The notes: a model not told the origin generated them from the sequence alone. Counted from the first letter of the whole stretch, positions 50,061 through 63,245 are shown. The stretch is DNA of 63,311 nucleotides, filler included, from Octopus bimaculoides (GCF_001194135.2; 5 parts of 5 records of this genome joined end to end with filler, not necessarily neighbours in it), one strand, 5' to 3'. Program-made: numbers and translations.

Positions 50061-51401
50061 TATCTTTCATTCTTTCTTTCTTTCTTTTTCTTCTTTTACA
50101 ATTTACGGCCATATTATAACTAGGTCTACATTATCTCATATGTCGTTTCTTTCTTTAAGACCGTAATGCGTGATTTGGGGAAGATTTGGCTGTTCATTTT
50201 AGTAGGTCAATGAATCATATGTAATCTACATACAGCAGACGACATGAATGAATAACATGGAAAGCGGATATTGAGATGAATTAAAGTTAACCTCCTGAAC
50301 CATGTTAGCTGACAAAAAAAGAATTTCGGAGAACACAACAACTGTAAGGATAGCAAATAAAAGAATCTAGACCTTGTTTCAATTGGAACTGGATGTTTTC
50401 TTTTTTAACGTTTTTACGCGATTCTTCATGGAAGCCGTACAGATAATTTCTTCAACAGATGGCTATTTTTAGTCTTCTTGTTGTGTTTAAGTATAAAAGC
50501 TGTTTTGATTGTGTCATTTCAGCACTATCTGTTATTTTGAAAAGTATGGAATACATTCACTTGAAACTTGATTGCGATTTTGCGATTTTGGTTTTCACAT
50601 CATATTACTTCTTTCGAAGAACGACACCGAATATCGTTTTTCGTTTAGATAACATGCTTCATTAAGAGAATCGTACCATGTTGACATCTTTTTTGGAGTT
50701 TCTGCTTCTGATGTGAGCAATCTTCAACACGGCTTTCACTTAACTGACATCTCAGTTACTTATAGGCATTTTTTCTCTCATTTTTTTTTTTCTTCCTTTC
50801 TACTTTCTCCGTTTCTTTTAATTCAGCGGGTATTAGATAGCTATCATTTGCTAGGAGATAGCTTTTCTGTACATGTCACCGCTTTAGGTCATTTATGAAA
50901 GAAATTACAGCTGAAATGGGTATTTGGATTTCCTTAACAGTTACGACAACATATTGCTGCAAGAGAATAAATAGCAGTATAGAGCGGTTATCTTCTTGGA
51001 ATATTCCTGGCGGAAAACATTTAGTTTATTTTTTTCTCTATGTCCTGTTTTATTTATCTATTTATTTTTTTCTTGCAGCCCTCGTGACTGATTTTACGTG
51101 TGTCAAGTCATGTATGCATATTTGTTGCTACGTATCTTTGTGTGTGACGTTGTACCACTGTGTGTATATATATAATTCATACAAGAATGCATGTCTTTGA
51201 CATATATTTATTTAGCTGGGTGTATATTTATGTATGTTTATTTATCTCTTAGACTTTCTGCTTATTTCTTCAATTTATCAGTTTCCCATTCACCTCTCTC
51301 CCCTTTTCTCCCCCTCCGCTCTCTTTCTCACTTTTTCTCCTTACATTTTTCATCCCATTCTCTTTTCAGGATCTTTACTACTACTACTACCTTCATCATT
51401 G

Positions 51402-51474
<73 letters not shown>

Positions 51475-51599
51475 CATTATCATCGTTATTACCTATTTGC
51501 GGAGACTCTTATCTAAATGCTTTTCCTCCTCCGGAATTTTATCTGATTGTGATACGTAAAATTTATATATGTACACACACACATACACACACACACACA

Positions 51600-51660
<61 letters not shown>

Positions 51661-52220
51661 GTACGCACACACATTTATATATATACATGCATATACATAT
51701 ACATATACACACACACATAACTGTAGTATAAAAATATATTATATTCTACATAAATACATGCACAGACATTTATGTATATGCATATGCGCGTCCACACACA
51801 TACATATATATATACATACTTACTAACACACACACACACACACACACACACATAAATATACATATAGGCACGCACACATGTAAGCGCTGACTCTAGCCCA
51901 CCCGGCCCATCCATCTACTTCGTACTTTCCACATCCTTTCTTTTCCTGTGGCTGGGCTATCAAAACTGTTTACTTTAAGTGTTCAACGGGGAAGAAAGGA
52001 AGAAAGACATGTCTACATTATCGTGCTACATGACCTGAAAACTTCCATCGATCTAAAATACATACCCGAATAGAAGCGCTGTTTACCTGTGTGTCGTTAG
52101 CTAGGTGTGTGTGTGCGTGCTTTCGAGCGTGAGTGCATGCGTGCGTACGTGTGAGCTTCTAGTATGTGAAAAGTGATTGTGCGTTTCTGTGTGTATGTGA
52201 ATGTGTGTGTATGTTTGTGT

Positions 52221-52256
<36 letters not shown>

Positions 52257-52324
52257 GCGTGTACGTGTTTGGTGTGCATATGGTTCTTCTGAATGTTGAT
52301 GCATCTCCATATAACTATGTCCAC

Positions 52325-52370
<46 letters not shown>

Positions 52371-53169
52371 TATGTGCAGTGTGTATGCTTTTGTTTTCAT
52401 GTGTGTGTGTGTGCTATGCGTATATGCGTGCTTGATGCGTATACAATTTTCTATATGAGTACGTATCTGCATTTATCAATGTCTATAAGCATGTGTGTAT
52501 ATGTGTGTGATTTGTGTGTGTGTGTGTTTGTGTGATTCTTTGCGCGCCTGCGTGCGTGCGAATCTGTTCGCTATGCGGGTAACAACTACAAGATAAATTC
52601 CCTAGGCCTATCAAGTTCTCGACATTTATCATACTGTGTAGAGACTAAACGGTACAAAGCTCATACGCACAGATAAACTCATGCACGCACATGCACAAAA
52701 TCACTCATACTTAAAAACACATACACACAAACAGAACACATGCAAACACAGTACACAGCCATTCATGTGGGCGGTGGGTATTATATATATATATATNNNN
52801 NNNNNNNNNNNNNNNNNNNNNNNNNNNNNNNNNNNNNNNNNNNNNNNNNNNNNNNNNNNNNNNNNNNNNNNNNNNNNNNNNNNNNNNNNNNNNNNNNNNN
52901 NNNNNNNNNNNNNNNNNNNNNNNNNNNNNNNNNNNNNNNNNNNNNNNNNNNNNNNNNNNNNNNNNNNNNNNNNNNNNNNNNNNNNNNNNNNNNNNNNNNN
53001 NNNNNNNNNNNNNNNNNNNNNNNNNNNNNNNNNNNNNNNNNNNNNNNNNNNNNNNNNNNNNNNNNNNNNNNNNNNNNNNNNNNNNNNNNNNNNNNNNNNN
53101 NNNNNNNNNNNNNNNNNNNNNNNNNNNNNNNNNNNNNNNNNNNNNNNNNNNNNNNNNNNNNNNNNNNNN

Positions 53170-53208
<39 letters not shown>

Positions 53209-53278
53209 ATACGTTTGTATATCTCAGTGCACCGGTACACATATGTATAAGGTATAGGTGTGTGTGTGTGTGTACACG

Positions 53279-53326
<48 letters not shown>

Positions 53327-54002
53327 GATAGATAGATATATACATACATATATTTATACATACACACACACATACATATATATACATATACATATATACA
53401 CACATCTATATATTTATGTTCATACACACACACACTCACATATATATTCTTATAGGCACATGCAAACACTTACATATACACTAACAAAAGTACACATTCA
53501 GGTGACGAGCTAAGCATGGGTTACACGCAACAGCATTGGCAGAGTGTAAATTATATTTGTATTTGTGAGTGTGTGTGTGTGTGTGTGTGTGTATGTGGAC
53601 GTATGTGTGCATGTATGTAAGCATGTTGTTAGGCAGGTCTTCACATGAAGAATAAATAGAGTCACTTTTCCCAAAGTTTCTGTAAAAGAGGGATTGCATT
53701 CGTGACGAAAAGGTCCGGCAGGTTATGCCATATGTATATATTGTGTTTCAGAAGTTTAGGTAATAGAATTTAAACCGTTTTGAGATTTAGTTATTTTATT
53801 CAATAAAAAAGCAATTCTAATCGAAAAAAAAAATACAATTTATTATATAGTTAAAGCACGGTATTTGTTTATTATTTTTTTTTTAGTTATATACACCTAG
53901 TTGAAACCTAGGTGTCTGGTCATTAATCTCCGATTTTTACCAAAGCCGTTTTTCTATTCAGTGTTTCATCACTCAGCATTTTCACAAACATAGACACCAA
54001 CG

Positions 54003-54010
<8 letters not shown>

Positions 54011-54046
<36 letters not shown>

Positions 54047-54212
54047 TATATATATAAAGTTTTGTCATAGATGATGGTTGGCCTGATATTTGCTTTTAGA
54101 GGCGAATTTATACATACTTATATGCACATATGAACACACAAACGCGCGCGCACACACATACAATTATATATTTACATATTCATATAAATATATGTATATA
54201 GTNNNNNNNNNN

Positions 54213-54271
<59 letters not shown>

Positions 54272-54427
54272 TATATATATAAAGTTTTGTCATAGATGAT
54301 GGTTGGCCTGATATTTGCTTTTAGAGGCGAATTTATACATACTTATATGCACATATGAACACACAAACGCGCGCGCACACACATACAATTATATATTTAC
54401 ATATTCATATAAATATATGTATATAGT
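54011..54427. other. Identical 158-bp segment on both sides of a 10-N gap; probable assembly redundancy
   Basis: 54045-54202 equals 54270-54427. The preceding (CA)n tracts differ in length (about 17 versus 28 units). Confidence 0.85.
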
Positions 54428-55559
54428 TTTTACTTGCTACCACCAGGAGCTTTCTGCTGACACCGAGTACATTTTATATGCCTACACATTCTTCTAAGAA
54501 ATGGCATGTAACTAAACCCGTTCTTTGATTGATACCACTGGCAATCTGTTTCTCTCCTCAATGAGAAGCTCATTCTGTTTAAACATTACTGCATAGAATA
54601 GGGGATATATAAGCCCTCACCTGCTTCATGTTGGTAAAAGTGACCACAGATTTTCTGCATAGCTCAAGAGAACGACTGCTATCTGCCATCTCAGGAATAT
54701 CATTAATAGCCTCTACTAGCTCACTTCACCAAACTCATTCTTTTTAAAGTTTCCAAGACGATTTCTTATGAAAGCGGTTCTGGGAGAACTCGTATCTATC
54801 ACTTCCACTTTCATAGAAAACAATGAAATTTACTTAACACTTCTTAGACACGCTGGAATAAGCTGGTTGAGGTTTAGGGCCTGCTACAATGCTACGCAAT
54901 GCACAGTCCTTTATTTCTCTTTAAAGTTTCGTTTCATTTCAACTATTATTTTGCTTAAATTGTACAGCTTTCAAAGCTTCAGTTATATCCCAGAATAGAT
55001 TGTGACGGAGGAGGGAGAAGTTGATCACTTGTGACTCACATACCTTTCCTTCACCTTAAAAGCATTTCCATCTGCTTTGAGAAACTACTGCTTATCAAGA
55101 TTCTGAGAATATGTTTTTTATGGGTTCCAGGCACTTCAATATTCTGTTAGTTGATAAGCGACAGTCATTTAATCAAAGTACCAACAACTTACATTCCGGA
55201 ATTTTGTTTATATTATAAGAACACAGAACCCGGGATCTATCCCAGACGATTCTATATTCGGGTGCTTTCAAGCTCCGTGTGCCTATATGACAGGAAGTGC
55301 AAATACCGTAGTATTCGGCGTTTTGACAATACATCCACTTTAAGTTGGCTATAAAGATTACCTTTCGCTATTAATACTGTTTCCGTTACTAATATTAGTT
55401 TATATTGTAAAAAAGTACACACATTTCGTAAGCGCATTGTCATAGCGTCGCTGTCATGACCAGATTACAGGATTATGTAATTCTGTAAACCATATCCTGT
55501 ACGGTGTCTGTTCCGGCTAAACATTTAACTCATAACATTCAGATTACTCTGTCAAATGT

Positions 55560-55749
55560 AATGCTTATTCGTTCACAGTTTTAAATTAGTTTTCTATTTT
55601 CTAGTCACTTCGATATTTTGATGATGTGACACTTTATTTTTAGAATGTCATTGTAGAGTAGGTATGAGAGACTGAATCTGGCCAGTTCGAAAATAAAACA
55701 GGCGGAATATTTGGGCCTGTTATGGCCGGTTTGAATGCTAATGGGTTAA
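55560..55749 (-). mobile_element. Possible terminus of a TTAA-CCC (piggyBac-like) non-autonomous element
   Basis: Minus strand begins TTAACCCATTAGCATT. No partner end was found. Confidence 0.3.
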
Positions 55750-57133
55750 ATTACTGGTATAGTCCATCTGTCAGGTTTGAGTACACTTTCCGTTTACCAG
55801 TTTCATTCACAAAACTTAGATTGACTTGAGACTATGATAAAAAAGAAAAGAAAGAACTATTTGGCTAAGACATCAGGATCGAACGTGGTGTCTCGTAACT
55901 GTGAAGCAAAAAGCTTAACCACCCGGCCAAATTGCGTTCATAAACACTAAGTAAATGCACACGATTGTACACTGATTGACATACAAAAATAGACGGGTTT
56001 AGATATTAGCATACATTCCCAAGCAATTCTGTCCCAAAGTCCATGCTGTGGTTGAACTTTATATAACTAGGTAGACGCATTCATTAACTACCCTGTCACA
56101 GAGTCCATGCTACGCTTCAGCTCCAGACAAGCTATATAATATCTCTTGGGGGAACTGGTGAGTGTATAGATATCAGTCCCAGCGCACAAATATATATAAT
56201 TGCTTGAACGACATTGCAGATGGGAAAGTGAACAAGCTAACAAAATAAATCTTTATCAATGAACTTGTCAGATTTTATGTAGCGGAAGGAAGTAAACATA
56301 AGCTTTTCGGATACATATTTGTTCACATACACACACTTACGCTCGCGCACACAAGCATACNNNNNNNNNNNNNNNNNNNNNNNNNNNNNNNNNNNNNNNN
56401 NNNNNNNNNNNNNNNNNNNNNNNNNNNNNNNNNNNNNNNNNNNNNNNNNNNNNNNNNNNNNNNNNNNNNNNNNNNNNNNNNNNNNNNNNNNNNNNNNNNN
56501 NNNNNNNNNNNNNNNNNNNNNNNNNNNNNNNNNNNNNNNNNNNNNNNNNNNNNNNNNNNNNNNNNNNNNNNNNNNNNNNNNNNNNNNNNNNNNNNNNNNN
56601 NNNNNNNNNNNNNNNNNNNNNNNNNNNNNNNNNNNNNNNNNNNNNNNNNNNNNNNNNNNNNNNNNNNNNNNNNNNNNNNNNNNNNNNNNNNNNNNNNNNN
56701 NNNNNNNNNNNNNNNNNNNNNNNNNNNNNNNNNNNNNNNNNNNNNNNNNNNNNNNNNNNNNNNNNNNNNNNNNNNNNNNNNNNNNNNNNNNNNNNNNNNN
56801 NNNNNNNNNNNNNNNNNNNNNNNNNNNNNNNNNNNNNNNNNNNNNNNNNNNNNNNNNNNNNNNNNNNNNNNNNNNNNNNNNNNNNNNNNNNNNNNNNNNN
56901 NNNNNNNNNNNNNNNNNNNNNNNNNNNNNNNNNNNNNNNNNNNNNNNNNNNNNNNNNNNNNNNNNNNNNNNNNNNNNNNNNNNNNNNNNNNNNNNNNNNN
57001 NNNNNNNNNNNNNNNNNNNNNNNNNNNNNNNNNNNNNNNNNNNNNNNNNNNNNNNNNNNNNNNNNNNNNNNNNNNNNNNNNNNNNNNNNNNNNNNNNNNN
57101 NNNNNNNNNNNNNNNNNNNNNNNNNNNNNNNNN

Positions 57134-57165
<32 letters not shown>

Positions 57166-57721
57166 TGTATGTATGTATCTATATATATATATATGTATAT
57201 ATATGTATGTATGCATATGTATATATATGTATGTATATATGTATGTATATATGTATGTATATATGTATATGTATATATATATATATACGTATATACATAC
57301 GTATGTATTCTTATATATGTATATATATATATATACATACACAAACACAGATATATGTACATACATAAATGTATACATGCAGTGATGTATGCATGTATGT
57401 TCAGGTTCGTGTGTGCTGTGAGTTTGTATTTACTGTATGTGAGTTTCAAGTCACTGAAGTGAAATTCTGGAGCCAGAGCAGTCAATAAATTAAAAGAAAC
57501 TTAGCCAGTGCCTTTACGCAGTTCTACTAAATAAGACGGCTAAATATAATCAGAACAACATGTCCAGCTTTGGAAACGGCAAATAACAGTTTGCTTGGCT
57601 AAATAAGTAGGTTGCCAGATTATTGAATATGACAAAACAACTGAGTAAAAGAGAGACACTCAGACTCTTTGCTGTGATAGTTGTTATTTAATACTATTTC
57701 TACGTGTTACTGTAAATAGGT

Positions 57722-57875
57722 GGAGGCGCAATGGCCCAGTGGTGAGGGCAGCGGACTTGCGGTCATAGGATCGCGGTTTCGATTACCAGATGGGGCGTTG
57801 TTAGTGTTTATTGAGCGAAAACACCTACCCCCACCCAGGCTCCGGCAGGGGTTGGTGGCGAACCCTGCTTACTAT
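57722..57875 (+). mobile_element. tRNA-derived SINE family D
   Basis: GGAGGCGCAATGGCCCAGTGGTGAGG (A-box)...GGTTTCGATTACC (B-box), followed by a non-tRNA body. Confidence 0.7.
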
Positions 57876-58029
57876 TTTGCTTGCGAGGACACGTAAATGT
57901 CTTAAATAAATCCCATTGCAGAACCACTGTTAGGGTTAAACATACTGTTAGGATCTCATCATTATCATCATCATCATCATCTTCTTCTTCTTCTTCTTCT
58001 TCTTCTCACCAAGTGTTTATCTGTTTTGG

Positions 58030-58318
58030 CATTGGTTCTCAAAGTGGGCGCTACCGCCCTCCCGGTGGACCTTGAGGCGGTCCAGGTGGGCGCTGGTGCC
58101 TAAGTGGGAGGAAGGCAGTGGATTGGGGAGCGCTATGAATTTATTATATTATTATAGTATTGTATACAAATTATATAATATATTAAATATCAAATGATTC
58201 ATAGTATACATAAATTAGTAAAATAAAAGTAGTTATTTATACATAAAAATAGGGATGATGCGCTGAAGGTATTATTTGGCCATGAGGGGCAGTGGCCCAA
58301 AAAGTTTGAGAACCTCTG
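58030..58318. mobile_element. hAT-Charlie-type MITE, second copy, inverted relative to 36008-36345
   Basis: CATTGGTTCTCAAA...TTTGAGAACCTCTG termini. Flanks TGTTTTGG and CGTTATGG match at 6 of 8 positions. Confidence 0.85.
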
Positions 58319-59188
58319 CGTTATGGTATTAATATTTCACAATTTTATCTTTATTCATGCCTCTCGCTTCCTTCCATAATAAACAAAATACAACACTTGG
58401 CAGANNNNNNNNNNNNNNNNNNNNNNNNNNNNNNNNNNNNNNNNNNNNNNNNNNNNNNNNNNNNNNNNNNNNNNNNNNNNNNNNNNNNNNNNNNNNNNNN
58501 NNNNNNNNNNNNNNNNNNNNNNNNNNNNNNNNNNNNNNNNNNNNNNNNNNNNNNNNNNNNNNNNNNNNNNNNNNNNNNNNNNNNNNNNNNNNNNNNNNNN
58601 NNNNNNNNNNNNNNNNNNNNNNNNNNNNNNNNNNNNNNNNNNNNNNNNNNNNNNNNNNNNNNNNNNNNNNNNNNNNNNNNNNNNNNNNNNNNNNNNNNNN
58701 NNNNNNNNNNNNNNNNNNNNNNNNNNNNNNNNNNNNNNNNNNNNNNNNNNNNNNNNNNNNNNNNNNNNNNNNNNNNNNNNNNNNNNNNNNNNNNNNNNNN
58801 NNNNNNNNNNNNNNNNNNNNNNNNNNNNNNNNNNNNNNNNNNNNNNNNNNNNNNNNNNNNNNNNNNNNNNNNNNNNNNNNNNNNNNNNNNNNNNNNNNNN
58901 NNNNNNNNNNNNNNNNNNNNNNNNNNNNNNNNNNNNNNNNNNNNNNNNNNNNNNNNNNNNNNNNNNNNNNNNNNNNNNNNNNNNNNNNNNNNNNNNNNNN
59001 NNNNNNNNNNNNNNNNNNNNNNNNNNNNNNNNNNNNNNNNNNNNNNNNNNNNNNNNNNNNNNNNNNNNNNNNNNNNNNNNNNNNNNNNNNNNNNNNNNNN
59101 NNNNNNNNNNNNNNNNNNNNNNNNNNNNNNNNNNNNNNNNNNNNNNNNNNNNNNNNNNNNNNNNNNNNNNNNNNNNNNNNNNNNNNNN

Positions 59189-59244
<56 letters not shown>

Positions 59245-59247
59245 TAT

Positions 59248-59408
59248 ATGACGGGCTTCGTTCGGTTTCTGTGTACCAGATCCACTCACAAAGTTTCGGT
59301 TGTCCTGGAGCTACAGCAGAAGACATTTATTCAAGGTGCTGACCAGTGGAACTGAACCCAGAACCATGGGCTTGGCAAGTGAACTTCTTACTACATAGCC
59401 GCGCCTGC
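59248..59408 (-). mobile_element. SINE family B 5' half
   Basis: GACGGGCTTC...CAAGGTG...GAACTGAACCCAGAACCATG...CTTACTACATAGCCGCGCCTGC, next to a TA tract and gap. Confidence 0.8.
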
Positions 59409-59924
59409 AACTATGTCGTAATACTGTTTTTGTTGCAACGCCTGTAATTGCTATTGACAACATTGCAAGTGTTTTCAGCGGGCATTGATGGATGTTGGTC
59501 ACCAAGTTCGCTATAGTGCTGCTAATGATGATGAAGAAGATGATGATGATGATCATGATGATGATGATGATGATGCCGACGACGGATGATGTCATCGTGT
59601 TTTCACTTGGTAAACATAATCCTGTATAGTGTTACCTTTGACACCATATGTATGTACATATGTTGTGTATGTGATTGTATGCATTTGAGTGTGATTGTGT
59701 GTGTATGTGTGTGTGTGTGTATGTGTGTATGTGCATGCGCATGTAGAAGTACGTAAGAACATGACTGAAATTGTAAGCGAATTTCGGGTTCACTCGGTAA
59801 ATATTGACGAACTTATGGCCATAGGTTAAGGCAAGGAACAGTCGGTTGACGTTGAAGCCAGCAGGCTGTTTATTTCAGAACCCAGATATAATGTTACTCC
59901 GTTATATGTGAAGCGCGCGCGAGT

Positions 59925-59978
<54 letters not shown>

Positions 59979-60174
59979 TTGTATATATGTATGTAAATAG
60001 ATATATATACATATAAATACATACGTATACATACAGACACACGCATATATATATAGATACAAGTATATATACANNNNNNNNNNNNNNNNNNNNNNNNNNN
60101 NNNNNNNNNNNNNNNNNTTAATTAATTAANNNNNNNNNNNNNNNNNNNNNNNNNNNNNNNNNNNNNNNNNNNNC

Positions 60175-60756
60175 ACCACCCTACCTCTCCAACGCTCCAT
60201 TCTCCGAGCTTTCCGGCGCCTCCAGTCCGACCCTTCCATCTCACACATCTTCCCTAACCGACCCCTCCTCTCCTTCAAACGAGCCCACAACCTACGAGAC
60301 CTCTTGGTCAACAGCTTCGCCAACCCAACCTCCCAACCTGGCTTGTTCCCCTGCTCCTGCCCACGCTTCCGCACTTGCCCTTACCTCTCCAACACCACCC
60401 TCCTCACTGGCACCCATCATAGACCCTATCACATCACCGACTTCTTCACCTGCACTTCTACCAATATCATCTATTGCATCTCCTGCTCTCTCTGCCATTC
60501 TCTGTACATCGGACAAATGGGGCGCCACTTGGCTGACCGGTTCGTGGAGCACTTCCGAGACATCCGCCTTGGCAATGACACCCCAGTGTCACGCCATTTC
60601 CGCCCTACCAGTCACTCTTTGCAACACCTGTCCGTGTTCGGATTGTCCTTGCACAGGGGCCATCGGGACTCCCGTTTGCGCCGTGAACAGGGATTAATCT
60701 TCTCTCTTCGCTCCTTCGCGCCACATGGGCTCAACTCTCCTCCCCTCTTCATCTAA
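60175..60756 (+). CDS. Penelope-like element (probably Neptune-type): C-terminal linker plus GIY-YIG endonuclease, partial; 5' part lost in the gap
   Basis: Open frame from the gap edge: TTLPLQRSILRAFRRLQSDPSISHIFPNRPLLSFKRAHNLRDLLV...PCSCPRFRTCPY...FTCTSTNIIYCISCSLCHSLYIGQMGRHLADRFVEH...PVSRHF...RLRREQGLIFSLRSFAPHGLN. It has the IIY/YIG motifs, the catalytic Arg region and a Cys-rich linker. Confidence 0.92.
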   Translation, partial: TTLPLQRSILRAFRRLQSDPSISHIFPNRPLLSFKRAHNLRDLLVNSFANPTSQPGLFPCSCPRFRTCPYLSNTTLLTGTHHRPYHITDFFTCTSTNIIYCISCSLCHSLYIGQMGRHLADRFVEHFRDIRLGNDTPVSRHFRPTSHSLQHLSVFGLSLHRGHRDSRLRREQGLIFSLRSFAPHGLNSPPLFI

Positions 60757-60783
60757 CCTCCTCCCCTTGCCTCTCTCCCCCTC

Positions 60784-63245
60784 TAGGGTGAATTACATTT
60801 TGGATCTCTGCTTGAACAATATGGACATCATTCACGATGTGAAAGTGATGCTGTCATTAGTCTCGGATCACAACATAATAGAGCTGTCTATGTTTGGGCC
60901 AAAAGTAGCCAGAGACATACAGCCTAGAGGAAGACCCAAAGTCTCTCCAATCTGAATTTCCGCAAAGTAGATTGGAAATCGATCCAAAAAGAGATCCTCA
61001 GACAAGGACTGACCAAAATGTCTCTCCACATTAGACATTGGCATGAAACTAGAATATTTCATGTCTGTTGTGCAAGCCATATGCCAGAAATATGTCCCAG
61101 ATAACAAGATCAAAACATATAGGAACAAGATTCCAAGGGAGAGGAAGATCCTCATAAGATGACAGACGAAGGGTGAAAATCAACTCAACCAACATCACAA
61201 AAATAGCGAAAGGTCCCGCCTAAAAACAACACTGATGGAGATTGAAAAAGGCTGCAACAATCCTATGAGGGAGAGAGCAGACAAAGAAGCCTGGGTTATA
61301 AGGTACATTAAGTCAAACAACCCAAAGGCCTTCTTTCATTACGCGAAAGAAACAGCCTCGGTACGCTGCAAGATAGGACCCCTCTTCTAAGAGGATGGCT
61401 CCCTCACAGATAGTCCAACCAGGAACTGTGAGGTACTGAATGACCAGTTCAAAAGTGTCTTTACCACCCCGTTGGAACACAGACAAGTGAAGAACCTGTG
61501 GACTTCTTTGCCGCCTTCCCTATAACCAGTGAGGCAGTTACGATGGAATACATCGACATTAGTGAAGAAGATATACTACTAGCCATAGATGAGGTGGATG
61601 CAAACTCAACTGTTGGTCCAGATGGTTTCCCAGCAATCCTCCTCAAATCATGTAAGCGTACCCTGGCAAAACCCCTCCAGATTCTCTTCCAGAGCTTTCT
61701 TGCAAATAGCAGACTATCGAGCAAGCTGAAGGAGGGAATAATATACCCAATCCATAAAGGGGGAAGCAGAGCAGATGCCAAAAAATATAGGTCTATCTCT
61801 CTGACTTCACACATAAGCAAAGTCATGGAATGGATAGTCAGAGGGAAACTAATCGCATTCCTTGAAGAAAATAACTTGCTGAGTGATACACAGCATGGCT
61901 TTTGACCAGGTAGGAGCTGCCTGACTCAGCTCTTACAACATTATGACTGGGTGTTGAGGCAGTTACTCAACAAGTCAAATGTGGACGTAATATACCTTGA
62001 TTTTGCAAAAGCTTTTGACAAAGTGGATCATGGTGTGATATGCCACAAACTGCGTGATCTTGGCATAGCTGGAAAACTTGGAGAGTGGTTACATGACTTT
62101 CTGAAATATAGAAGTTAAGCAGTAGTGACCAATGGTGCCACCTCCATGAAAACACAAATAGTGAGCAGTGTTCCACAGGGCACTGTCTTAGGACCACTGC
62201 TTTTCATAGTGGCCCTCTCAGATATGCCTTCAACTGCCCGGATAGCCACCCTTGCTAGCTATGCAGACGATATGAAAGTCTCGTAGAAAATACAGAACAC
62301 CAGTGATGTTGCACATCTGCAGCAGGAGTTGGACTCAATTTACAGATGGAATGAGGATAATAATATGCAGTTTAATGCTGAAAAATTCCAAGCCCTGCTC
62401 TACCAGCATCCAAAACTGAATATCAAACTTACAGGGTACACTGATCCACAGGGAATTACAATCTCAGAGCCTAAATCAGTGAGAGACCTGGGTATCGGCA
62501 TGAGTGATGATACATCTTTCCAAGTGCACATTACCAGGATGGCAACAAAGTGCAGATGACTGGCTGGATGGATCCTAAGAACATACAAAACCAGAGATAA
62601 GGAAACCATGATAGTCCTCTGGAGGACATTCGTCCTCAGCCGACTGGATTACTGCCCCCAGCTATGCTTACCAAACAGTGTAAAATTAACAGTGGCTATT
62701 GAAGCAATCCAGTGAAGCTTCACAAAGAAGATCGTCTCATTGTAATAGCTCAGGTACTGGGAGAGGCTGAACCAGCTAAGACTCTAGTCCCTGGAGAAAA
62801 GGCGGGACAGGTATGCAGTAATATACATCTGGAAGATCCTGGAATGAATTGTGCCAAATTTTGGCATTGAAAGCTACACCAATGCCAGAACAGGTCAACA
62901 CTGCATAGTACCAAAAATCTCAGCAATGCCATTGCGCTTCAGGACCAGCTACTGCAACAGCCTGGGTGTCAGAAGCCCACAACTTTTTAATAATTCTCCC
63001 AAAGAGCCTGAGGAACCTGCACAAAGTAGATGCAGACGTTCTTAAGTCAAGGCTGGACCTCTTCCTTTCGAGAATCCCAGATGAACCTACCTCACGAGAA
63101 CAGGTGCAAATGAGGGTAGCTATATTAAACTCCATTCTTCTCCAAGTGTCACATATTGGAGGAGGTTCTCAGTAATAACAGTGTAGCAAAACGGCGGTGC
63201 ATCAACATGGCCACAGCTCTGAGCTGAAACTACAAAAAAAAAAAG
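60784..63245 (+). mobile_element. Decayed CR1/L2-group LINE, 5'-truncated or interrupted: end of APE endonuclease, full RT, ORF2 C-terminus, short 3' UTR and A-rich tail
   Basis: Manual translation gives NYILDL...SDHNII (APE C-terminus), GPDG, YRSISLTSHISKVME, QHGF, YLDFAKAFDKVDH, VPQGTVLGPLLF, YADD, VRDLGI, then LPKSLRN...KSRLDLFLSRIPDEP ending at the stop near 63175. Several in-frame stops and frameshifts. Confidence 0.95.

Noticed and set aside
54011-54427. Apparent perfect tandem duplication
   Set aside because: Copies are identical, flank a 10-N gap and differ only in (CA)n length, which is typical of unmerged allelic contig ends.
54430-54920. Minus-strand VRAYISPILCS resembling a LINE ORF1 knuckle region; similar hint (MCSYC..EHCP) at 42310-42390
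   Set aside because: Too short and disrupted to support by eye.
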